From Treponematales bacterium (lineage in GTDB: Bacteria; Spirochaetota; Spirochaetia; Treponematales; JBGSOB01), in the NCBI GenBank assembly GCA_041739325.1, contig JBGSOB010000111.1:1-34976 (forward strand): a stretch of 34,976 nucleotides of DNA, read 5' to 3'. The notes below the pieces were generated by a model that made no database searches, had not been told where the DNA came from, and saw only the letters and a program-made list of their open reading frames with translations. The translations under genes and the position numbers were made by a program. The first letter of the stretch is position 1. Each line of letters starts with the position of its first letter. Positions 18,963-26,356 of this stretch are shown here, in pieces.

Positions 18963-18969
18963 GGGCTTA

Positions 18970-19764
18970 TCATAGCACGGTCTCTGGGCCTTCGAGGAGG
19001 GAATGCAAAAGGATGTCGGGGCCGAAGAGTTCCTTCTTTGATTTTTTCTTGAGCTTGTGGAGGTAGATGTCGTGGTGAATGTGTTCTGCCGTCACGCGGG
19101 CAAGGAGGGGGTTGGTGGAAAAGGTTCCGCAGAGTTCCCCGTCTGGCGCGGCGGCGGCGATGAGGGCGGCCTTCATATCGCAGACGAGCATGAGGCGCTT
19201 TTCATCGCCGGGCGCCGCGGCTTGACCTACCGCGAAGAGCTCGATGGGCAAGCCGCTTATGCTAAAGGAGCCGAAGCTGAAAACGATGATGCGTACCCCG
19301 CGCTCTGCGGCCGCCCGCAATCCCTCTCCTAAGAGCGCGGGGTCGATGCATGTGTTGATATAGATTTCGCGTTGGGCGGCATCTATAAGTTGGCCCGCCT
19401 TTTCCAGCACCAGCTGGGTTCCCTGCACGTTGACGAAGGCTTGGCTGGGGCCCTCCCTTCGTAGGGTGGAAAGGGCCGCCACAACCCGGTGTGCCGAATC
19501 GCGTAAGCGTTTTTCAAGCTTTGAAAAGAGAGCCTCGGGCTCTTCCGCGCGATAATTCTGGGTTTCCCCCGGCACGGCGTAGACGGCGCCCCGCGCTTGC
19601 AGGGCGTCCAGCGCCGCGTAAACCGAGGAGCGCGATTGGCCGATGCGTTTTGCTATTTGCGAGCCGTTGAGCTCTCCAGTACCTGCCAGGTCCAGGTAGA
19701 CCCTGGCTTCCATAGCGGAAAAACCGGCCTTTTCCAAATCGCTCAAGATTGCGTCTAGCTTCAT
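18970..19764 (-). CDS. TrmB-family transcriptional regulator
   Basis: True start MKLDAILSDLEKAGFSAMEARVYLDL (TrmB HTH) at 19764 with a GGAGG RBS. The upstream 125 codons of the ORF-track entry run across the repeat array and are not coding. Confidence 0.7.
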   Translation of the reverse strand: MKLDAILSDLEKAGFSAMEARVYLDLAGTGELNGSQIAKRIGQSRSSVYAALDALQARGAVYAVPGETQNYRAEEPEALFSKLEKRLRDSAHRVVAALSTLRREGPSQAFVNVQGTQLVLEKAGQLIDAAQREIYINTCIDPALLGEGLRAAAERGVRIIVFSFGSFSISGLPIELFAVGQAAAPGDEKRLMLVCDMKAALIAAAAPDGELCGTFSTNPLLARVTAEHIHHDIYLHKLKKKSKKELFGPDILLHSLLEGPETVL

Positions 19765-19817
19765 CCTTCCTCCGCGCTTTGCCGAGCCCCAAAGCCTCAG
19801 GCATCGGGTGGGTAGAA

Positions 19818-19990
19818 GGGAGGGTCCGGCCCTCCCTTCTAGGGCTCTTGGGTGATAAAAACTTAAGCGGGGGAGGGCCCTCCCTTCTCTGCTTTTAGGG
19901 TCATACAAGGGTTGCGAGGGAGGGTTGCCCCTCCCTTCTAAGATTCTAGGGACATAAAAACCTACCGAGGGAGGGCCCGCCCTTCTTGCT
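19818..19990. repeat. Four ~50-bp tandem units, each with a GGGAGGG-n(0-5)-CCCTCCC hairpin followed by TTCT...TAGGG
   Basis: GGGAGGG occurs at 19818, 19871, 19918 and 19969, each followed by CCCTCCC (CCCGCCC in unit 4) then TTCT. The array lies in the divergent intergenic region between the trmB-like gene and the AAC(3)-family gene. Confidence 0.5.
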
Positions 19991-20006
19991 TTTCCCTCTT
20001 GGTAGT

Positions 20007-20023
20007 TGTACAATATGTACAAC
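20007..20023. promoter_or_regulatory. Perfect palindrome TTGTACA-ATA-TGTACAA just upstream of the AAC(3)-family gene RBS; candidate operator
   Basis: A 7-bp inverted repeat with a 3-bp spacer sits 12 nt before the ATG at 20035 and overlaps the AAGGAG RBS region. Confidence 0.35.
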
Positions 20024-20034
20024 AAGGAGTCAAT

Positions 20035-20844
20035 ATGGACAAGAAGAAGCTCGACCCCGAGTTTCCCCTGCTGAGGTCCGACATTGCCGACGCCCTCCGC
20101 CGCTCGGGTTTGGCCAGGGGGGAAAACCTCATCGCCCACGTGTCACTCTCCAGCTTGGGCTGGGTTGTAGGCGGGGCGGAGACGATATTGCGTGCCATCT
20201 TTGAATTGATCGGTCCTGAGGGCAGCCTGATGATGCCTGCCCAAACTTGGAAGAACCTAGACCCCTCTACGGGGGTGCACTGGGAAGTCTCAGAAAGCCT
20301 TTGGCCCTTGATCCGGCGTGAGTGGCCGGCCTTTGACCCCCTGGTTACTCCCGCCATAGGCATGGGCGCCGTGCCGGAGATGCTGCGCACCTGGCCAGGT
20401 TCCGTGCGCAGTTGCCACCCGGCCCGATCCTTTTGCGCTAATGGCCCCAAGGCGGCTCAACTTATGGCAGACCATGACCTGAGCAATATCTTTGGGGAGG
20501 GCTCGCCCCTGGCTAAGCTCTACGATCTGGATGGCTCGATTCTTCTTTTGGGCGTTGGCCACGACAAGAATACCTCTCTGCACTTAGCCGAGAGCCGCGC
20601 CGCTTTTGTCGGCAAGAAAACCACCGTGGAGCACAGCGCCGTCATGAAGGATGGGGCACGCGAATGGCTTGCCTATGAAACCCTCGCTGTGGACGATTCT
20701 GACTTCATTCCCCTAGGCTCTGTCTGGGAAGCCGCAATTGGCTTTAAGGCGCAGTGCCTGGGAAAGGGAGAGGCGCGGCTGATTAAGATGCGGCCCTTCG
20801 TGGATTGGGCGGTAGGGTGGATGGAGAAGAATCGCGGGGCTTAG
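20035..20844 (+). CDS. AAC(3)-family (Antibiotic_NAT) aminoglycoside N3-acetyltransferase-like protein
   Basis: VSLSSLGWVVGGAETILRAIFELIGPEGSLMMP, WPAFDP, RSCHPARSF, GEGSPLAKL and LLLGVGHDKNTSLHLAE align with conserved AAC(3) blocks. AAGGAG RBS. Confidence 0.8.
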   Translation: MDKKKLDPEFPLLRSDIADALRRSGLARGENLIAHVSLSSLGWVVGGAETILRAIFELIGPEGSLMMPAQTWKNLDPSTGVHWEVSESLWPLIRREWPAFDPLVTPAIGMGAVPEMLRTWPGSVRSCHPARSFCANGPKAAQLMADHDLSNIFGEGSPLAKLYDLDGSILLLGVGHDKNTSLHLAESRAAFVGKKTTVEHSAVMKDGAREWLAYETLAVDDSDFIPLGSVWEAAIGFKAQCLGKGEARLIKMRPFVDWAVGWMEKNRGA

Positions 20845-20895
20845 GAACCGCGTGGAAATACATTGTACTTTGGGCGCACTATGACGCGGAGCGCT

Positions 20896-21774
20896 TTATA
20901 ATGCGGCCCGCGTTATGACGCGGCGCGCAAAGTAGCCCATGAGTGCTGAGGCTTCTTTTTTTTGCCCGAAGTCCCAGGCCTTCAAGGCTTGATAGACAGA
21001 TTCGGGGATAAAGCCTCCGCTGACTTCCTTATCCGCGATGCGCGACACTATCTCTTGAAAGCGCGGGTCAGCACGCAGTTCCGGATAAACGGCGGCGGGA
21101 ATGGAAGAGAGAACGTCTGCGAGGTGGAGGATGTCGTACCAGACAAAGGGGAGCTTGAGTTTGCGGAAATCCGTTCCCATATAAAAGATATAGGGATGAC
21201 GCTGGCGACTGTTTTGCCAGAGCTCTAGCAGGCAGGCAGCTCCGGCCTTGATAAGGGGGGCGTAGGCTGGCTTACCGGCACTTACCAGGAGCTTTATCAT
21301 GATGAGGGTGGCGTAGGGACAGGGGTCCGACTTCTTGCCCGGCCCGCGCCAGGAGAGGGTTTTTGAAACCTCGCAGCCCCAATGCCGCAGCTCCTTGTTA
21401 AACCGGGCTGCCAGGGCGTCTACAGCGCCCATAAGCTCTTTTTGAGGATAGCCTAGGCGCAGGAGTGCAGAGAGGGTAGTTGGGGCGTCGCAGAGGGCCC
21501 AGGCCCAGGTCTCTTCTCCATTCCCGCCGTGGGCGGCGCTTATCTTCATGGGCAGGAGGGGTATTCCCTCTTCATCCCGCTTGCTCAGTGCCTTGGCGGC
21601 TATTTCCGCGATGCCTTTATCCTTCATGCCCAAGCCGAGGTCCGCAAGGAAGGAGAGTTTATGGAAGGCTTGATTGGCGCTCTTATGGCTGGCAAGAACC
21701 TCTCCCGGCCAGGCCCCTAGCTCCTTGATGATTTCCTGTACGCGCGGGTCCTTTGACCAGTCTTGAGCTTCCAT
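20896..21774 (-). CDS. Hypothetical protein, possibly an alpha-helical repeat (alpha/alpha-toroid-like) fold
   Basis: GGAGG RBS 4 nt upstream. It lies 13 nt downstream of the preceding gene, so an operon is likely. No definitive motif. The toroid suggestion is weak. Confidence 0.45.
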   Translation of the reverse strand: MEAQDWSKDPRVQEIIKELGAWPGEVLASHKSANQAFHKLSFLADLGLGMKDKGIAEIAAKALSKRDEEGIPLLPMKISAAHGGNGEETWAWALCDAPTTLSALLRLGYPQKELMGAVDALAARFNKELRHWGCEVSKTLSWRGPGKKSDPCPYATLIMIKLLVSAGKPAYAPLIKAGAACLLELWQNSRQRHPYIFYMGTDFRKLKLPFVWYDILHLADVLSSIPAAVYPELRADPRFQEIVSRIADKEVSGGFIPESVYQALKAWDFGQKKEASALMGYFARRVITRAAL

Positions 21775-21790
21775 AGCCCCTCCGCTTTTT

Positions 21791-22267
21791 TTAGCGTCTG
21801 TCCCTATCCAGGCTCGATATCACCGATTCTATATGTTCTCCAAGGCTGCGCTCGGGGTGGGCCATTTTTTCCCGGGCTATAAGGCGGCTTGCCGCGGCCC
21901 TGTCATGGCCGATGAGCCTCAGGAGCTGTTTATAGCGCTGACGGGGAAGGCGGGCGACGGCTTTTGAGAGAAGTATGGCCGCCACGATGAGAGCGGGGCC
22001 TCCGAGCATGAGGAGGATGGACCAAGGGCCTATCTGCGACCACAGGAAGGCAAGGATGAGGAGGAAGGCGGCGAGGATGCTTACTCCCCGCCAAGCCTTT
22101 TTCCTGAGCTCAGCCTTCGTCTGTGCCAGATCCGAGTCCTGGGGCTCGGCAAGATTGCGGGCAATGCCCGCATCCTTTACTTTGCAGAAGTGACTGCCAA
22201 GGAGGGCTTTTTTACCGCAGATGGGGCAGGTGTAGGACTCCCTGTTTCCGCCTTTTAAAAGCGCCAT
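21791..22267 (-). CDS. Zinc-ribbon (CPIC...HFC) membrane protein
   Basis: N-terminal YTCPICGKKALLGSHFC zinc ribbon, then a charged linker, two hydrophobic helices and a C-terminal soluble segment. Confidence 0.45.
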   Translation of the reverse strand: MALLKGGNRESYTCPICGKKALLGSHFCKVKDAGIARNLAEPQDSDLAQTKAELRKKAWRGVSILAAFLLILAFLWSQIGPWSILLMLGGPALIVAAILLSKAVARLPRQRYKQLLRLIGHDRAAASRLIAREKMAHPERSLGEHIESVISSLDRDRR

Positions 22268-22291
22268 GCGACAAGGCCCTCCTTGCTCGGC

Positions 22292-23395
22292 TTACTCAGA
22301 AAGCCCGTCCCAGCCTGCCATGCGGGCAAGGATCCACCACATGGCGTAGGCTTTGCGGTTCGCTGTGATATGTTGGGTATTGTGCTGTGGCAGTTCTATA
22401 TCTCCGCCGGGAGAGTTTTTATTGTAATACCAATGACTGCCCAAACTGTGTGAATCCTGCCAATCGCTGTAGTAAGATGTTTCGCTATCCGGGTCGTAGC
22501 CATCGTCGTTCGCGGCTTGGTAATAGTTACCTGCTATATCGTGACTGTCGATTCCGAAATAGTCAAGGCAAAAAAAGCCGTTGCTCTGACAGTGGGCAAG
22601 GATGAGGTCGGCTTGGTTTTTGGGCAGCCCCGTTCCGATGTTATTATCCCACTCCGTGTGACCGGTCATAAAGATAAAGTGAACGGGCACTGGGTGGGTC
22701 TTACCCGTTCCTGTGCCAATCTTTGAGCCGCTTACACCGTACTCCGACATAAGGGTCGTCATGCCGGATAGATAATTGGCAATGTTATGGCCGCTTATGC
22801 TACACCAGGACCACATGACGACGTTGATGTCCGCATTGGCGCTATTGTCTAAATAGTCGCGGGTCCACACGACAAAGCGTGGAACGCCCTCCTCAAGGGT
22901 ATCCACGCCCCCGTTTTGGCTCAAGTCGGGTGGGTCAGACTCGTAATAGAAATCATGAAGATCCAGCTTGCCGGAGACGGCCGTAGTTGCGTCATGGGTT
23001 ATGGCAAAGAGGCTTGAGTCTCCAGCTTTATAGTCGGGTAGTCCGAATAAGCCGTAGGAAACATGGGTGCCGTGCGATGTATGCACATAGAGAACGTGGA
23101 AATCGTTTCTTGCCGTATTGATGTACTCTGTAGGTATGGAGCGCAGCACCGACTCATGGGCAATGTTATGGTCGGCGATAACCGCGCCCTCTACCCCTGG
23201 AGGGGGGCTGGTATCGGCAGTGGGGGATGGTTGGGGGCTGGCTGTCGGGCTTGCCGTAGGGACTGTACTCGGTTGTGGGCTAGCCGTTGGATTGGCCGTG
23301 GGGCTTGCCTCGGGGAAAAAGCCATCGCCGCAGGAAACCAGGACCACACTAAGGATTCCGATGATGAGGGCCCAAAGAATGAATCGTTTAAACAT
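22292..23395 (-). CDS. Lipoprotein with a Pro/Thr/Ser/Ala-rich linker and a C-terminal domain of unknown function
   Basis: AAGGAG RBS, lipobox LVSC, repetitive linker ASPTANPTASPQPSTVPTASPTASPQPSPT, then a ~270-aa His/Asp/Trp-rich domain. Confidence 0.55.
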   Translation of the reverse strand: MFKRFILWALIIGILSVVLVSCGDGFFPEASPTANPTASPQPSTVPTASPTASPQPSPTADTSPPPGVEGAVIADHNIAHESVLRSIPTEYINTARNDFHVLYVHTSHGTHVSYGLFGLPDYKAGDSSLFAITHDATTAVSGKLDLHDFYYESDPPDLSQNGGVDTLEEGVPRFVVWTRDYLDNSANADINVVMWSWCSISGHNIANYLSGMTTLMSEYGVSGSKIGTGTGKTHPVPVHFIFMTGHTEWDNNIGTGLPKNQADLILAHCQSNGFFCLDYFGIDSHDIAGNYYQAANDDGYDPDSETSYYSDWQDSHSLGSHWYYNKNSPGGDIELPQHNTQHITANRKAYAMWWILARMAGWDGLSE

Positions 23396-23483
23396 AGCTA
23401 CTCCTTAAAAACATTTTCATACCCTTGGAGTATAGCACGCCCTTGCCCCTTCCTCAATTCGGGAAGAGGTTTGCAGGGCGGAA

Positions 23484-24083
23484 TCAGCTATGTGGCAGGA
23501 GGGAGGGGATGATGGAGAGAACGAGGAGGGCCGCCATAGACCAATTAAAGACCTTGAGGCGGCCTGGGCTGGAGAGCCAGCGCTTTACCACCGTGCCAAA
23601 GAGGGTCCAGGAGGAGACGGCGCAAAAGGCAATGACGATGTTTATGACCCCGTCGAGAATGAGGGAGGGCCAAAAGGCCGAGGGTTCGGTGAAGTTGGTA
23701 ACCACGGTAATGGCAGCTACCCATGCCTTGGGGTTGATCCACTGGAAGGCGGCCGAGCCCAAGAATGTCATTGGTTTTTCTTGCTTGGCGCCCTCGTGGA
23801 AGCCCTTGGAAGTGCCTATCTTCCAGGCAAGGAAAAGAAGATAAGCCAGGGCGGCGTACTTGAGAATGACAAAGGCCAGGGGGTAGGCTTGGAGGAGGGC
23901 TCCCAGGCCTGCGCCCATCAAAGCCAGCATAATCCCAAAGCCCAAGCAGACCCCAAGGATGTGGGGCAGGGTCTTGCGGTAGCCGTGGTTTGCCCCGGTA
24001 GCGAGGGCTATGAGATTGTTCGGCCCGGGCGTAAAGGCGGAAACGATGCTAAAAACAAAGAGGCCGGCAAGAAGACTGAAATT
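23484..24083 (-). CDS. LysE/RhtB-family amino-acid exporter
   Basis: MNFSLLAGLFVFSIVSAFTPGPNNLIALATGANHGY... is the typical LysE N-terminus. Six TM helices. GGGAG RBS. Confidence 0.75.
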   Translation of the reverse strand, partial: NFSLLAGLFVFSIVSAFTPGPNNLIALATGANHGYRKTLPHILGVCLGFGIMLALMGAGLGALLQAYPLAFVILKYAALAYLLFLAWKIGTSKGFHEGAKQEKPMTFLGSAAFQWINPKAWVAAITVVTNFTEPSAFWPSLILDGVINIVIAFCAVSSWTLFGTVVKRWLSSPGRLKVFNWSMAALLVLSIIPSLLPHS

Positions 24084-24101
24084 CATAGAGTTAACTCCCA
24101 A

Positions 24102-24336
24102 GCGATCCCCAATTCCTTGGCTATGCTTAAGAGCCTTTTGTCATGGGTGTAGATGCGGCAGGGTAGGGCAAGACAGGTAGAGAGGAGCTGGGCGTCTACC
24201 CAGCCGATTCCCTTGCTTGACCAACCCAGTTCCAAGATATTCTTCAAGGCTTGATCATCTTATAACGCTTTACCAATGAAAATTGGCTGAGCCTAAAATG
24301 TTCTATCCAGACGCTCGAATCCACAAGGATGTTCAT
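24102..24336 (-). pseudogene. Degenerate PIN-domain VapC-like toxin (frameshifted and shortened)
   Basis: The N-terminus MNILVDSSVWIEHFR is a PIN/VapC start, then a premature stop follows. A second frame continues ...GWVDAQLLSTCLALPCRIYTHDKRLLSIAKELGIAWELTL, a VapC-like C-terminus. Total length is far below ~130 aa. Confidence 0.4.
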
Positions 24337-24338
24337 GT

Positions 24339-24503
24339 TCAGGGTGCGGTAAAGGTAGGCCGACGCTCGGCTGCCAAAGCCTGGGGGTCTGAACCTCCAT
24401 AGGCCCTAAGGCCTGCCTTGAGGATGTCTGTAATGCGTTCTAGGCCTGAGGCTTCACGAGCGCGGGTAACGATGTCGTCAGGTAGCATGACTGTATATTT
24501 CAT
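24339..24503 (-). CDS. Ribbon-helix-helix (CopG/VapB-like) antitoxin-like small protein (54 aa)
   Basis: MKYTVMLPDDIVTRAREASGLERITDILKAGLRAYGG... has an RHH beta-strand-helix-helix pattern. Its stop lies 2 nt before the vapC-like ATG. Under 60 aa, so absent from the ORF track. Confidence 0.4.
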   Translation of the reverse strand: MKYTVMLPDDIVTRAREASGLERITDILKAGLRAYGGSDPQALAAERRPTFTAP

Positions 24504-24576
24504 GGGTAAAAGCATGTATGTAATTATACATAAGAGTCAAGAAGGAGAATCAGGGCCATAAACCGCTCTGGGTTGT

Positions 24577-24780
24577 GGGGGAGCGGACCGTTGAGCCTTC
24601 GTTCCCGGCGTAAAAATACCCATCGGGCATAGGTCCTGAATGAAAAAAAACACGGCTCACTTGTCCTCGCTTCGCTGCGGGAACCGTTCGCCGCGTTTTT
24701 TTTCATTCACCCATGCCCAGTGCGTTCATCGCGCCGGGAATGAAGGCGCAAGGGCCTGCATTCCTGGCTGTCGGTGGGGA
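24577..24780. repeat. Nested-hairpin repeat element, copy 1 (MITE-like / structured-RNA-like)
   Basis: A 64-nt 5' block and a ~70-nt 3' block are shared with copy 2. Outer inverted arms are TTCCCGGCG...GGGCATGG and CCATGCCC...CGCCGGGAA. The inner stem is perfect: GAATGAAAAAAAAC (24638-24651) with GTTTTTTTTCATTC (24695-24708). Confidence 0.55.
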
Positions 24781-25118
24781 AAACGCGGCTCCCCCTACGC
24801 TCCAGCCTCCTCGGCGCTCTAGCTTTTGCCTGAGGCCGGTCTCAAAGAGCCCGGCCCTTTGTGGTTTAAAGCGCCTGCGGGGTCTTCCGCTGCCCCCACT
24901 GTGGGGCACGAACTGATATCGGCGTAATCGCCAAACAAACCCCGCCCCCGAAAAACGCTAGATGAGTTCAGGGGGAAGCGAGAAGGAATAGCCTTAATGC
25001 ACGGCCATCCCAAAACTCTAGATGACCTTATCAAAGCGAACACTTAAGAGCATAATCGTGGTAGGAATGAAGGAGGCGCCTATGGATGTAGTTTTGAAAC
25101 AGCCTCAATACATCACCG

Positions 25119-25229
25119 ATGGGCTCTTATAGCATCGAGTGGAAGTCTTCGGCCGCGAAGGAATTCCGCAAACTCCCCAAACAAATATTCACCGGGGAGC
25201 GGACCCTTGAGCCTTCGTTCCCGGCGTAA
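25119..25229 (+). pseudogene. RelE/ParE-like toxin N-terminal remnant cut by repeat copy 2. A 21-aa remnant ORF with a strong RBS lies just upstream (25067-25132)
   Basis: MGSYSIEWKSSAAKEFRKLPKQIF matches the RelE/ParE N-terminal pattern ([IL]x[FW]xxxAxKE[FW]RKL). The reading frame then runs straight into the repeat at ~25191 and stops. Upstream, GAAGGAGG precedes MKEAPMDVVLKQPQYITDGLL*. Confidence 0.35.
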
Positions 25230-25421
25230 AAATACCCATCGGGCATGGGGCCTGGGCAGGGGAAAACCGCCGCTCACTTGGTCCTCCTTTAGGGGTAGAA
25301 TTCCTAGGGCTAAACGTGCGGAAACGTTCTCGGCGGTTTTCCCCTGCCCACCCATGCCCAGTGCGTTCATCGCGCCGGGCATGAAGGCGCAAGGGCCTGT
25401 GTCCCTGGCTGTCGGTGGGGA
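25194..25421. repeat. Nested-hairpin repeat element, copy 2
   Basis: Same 5' and 3' blocks as copy 1. The inner stem differs in sequence but is again perfect: GGGCAGGGGAAAACCGCCG (25254-25272) with CGGCGGTTTTCCCCTGCCC (25331-25349). The loop shares GCTCACTTG(G)TCCTC with copy 1. Confidence 0.55.
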
Positions 25422-25555
25422 CTCTATCGGGGGCTCCTCGCGTTTTCGGCTTGGGCTTAAAGCGGCGCCACGTTTGGCGCCTAGGCTCAGGCTGGATGCC
25501 TCCGGGCTCAGTAAATATTTCCTGTGATTTTGGGCAGAACCAATTAAGGTTTTTT

Positions 25556-26161
25556 CTACAATGTCCTTTTAAAGCCTTTGATCAATAACCAAAGGGGCAA
25601 AAATAATTCAAATATGCCACCTGGGGCAATAAAAATTATACCATAACCAGTATAGATTTTAATTATTCCCATAAAATCAAAAATAGAACCAATAACTAAT
25701 AATGCATAACCAACTAAACCTAATATTGAAAGAATCCTAGGAAGGAGTTTAGATTTATACAACAAGTATGAAAATATAAGACCACTACTACCAGTGAATA
25801 GGCAGAGTAAAGAATCAAATTTAGGAAATATTTCCAATTGGAAGAGCGCATATACTCCCGCTCCGAGAATAACCGCTAATTCAATGATTCTAATAATTGC
25901 ATAACTCAGACTCAGCATTCTATTGATATTTTTTAAAACAGAAAAAACTAATATTCCGATGAGAGCAACGGCTAGGCCATCGAGCACCTGAAGTAAAACT
26001 CCGCAAATCAATCTCATAATGCCTAAATCAGTATTAATAAAATATGAATCTATAAGCCTACTGCCGGCCATAAATACAACTGTCGCCAGTAAGAATAAAA
26101 TGCCAATGACTCTTGCCTTTACATTAGCCCTTTGGGTTATTGTGCTTGTTTCATTTTCCAT
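25556..26161 (-). CDS. Multi-pass membrane protein (possibly DUF4386-like), encoded in low-GC DNA
   Basis: 201 aa with about six hydrophobic helices. Local GC is well below the ~60% of the flanks. AAAGGTG RBS. Confidence 0.5.
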   Translation of the reverse strand: MENETSTITQRANVKARVIGILFLLATVVFMAGSRLIDSYFINTDLGIMRLICGVLLQVLDGLAVALIGILVFSVLKNINRMLSLSYAIIRIIELAVILGAGVYALFQLEIFPKFDSLLCLFTGSSGLIFSYLLYKSKLLPRILSILGLVGYALLVIGSIFDFMGIIKIYTGYGIIFIAPGGIFELFLPLWLLIKGFKRTL

Positions 26162-26356
26162 CGTCGTACACCTTTATTGGTTCGGTAAATATCGTACAAC
26201 AATATCGACGTGCCAAATGATATTTTCGTATACTAAAAAATAAAAAAAAGAATATTGGCTTCGCATATTCACAAAATGAATGTGTATACCATGGCCAGAA
26301 CCAGATATCGCCACTTACCCCCGGCTGTTAAGCCACGTTTTCGATCATTTAGGGCT

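Noticed and set aside
24640-24916. ORF-track entries 24640-24822(+), 24703-24909(-), 24713-24916(+), 25113-25392(-), 25189-25392(-) and 25207-25527(+) as protein-coding genes
   Set aside because: They lie inside or across the nested-hairpin repeat copies and their GC-rich flanks. They have no RBS, overlap each other in several frames, and their translations are low-complexity Arg/Pro/Gly-rich.
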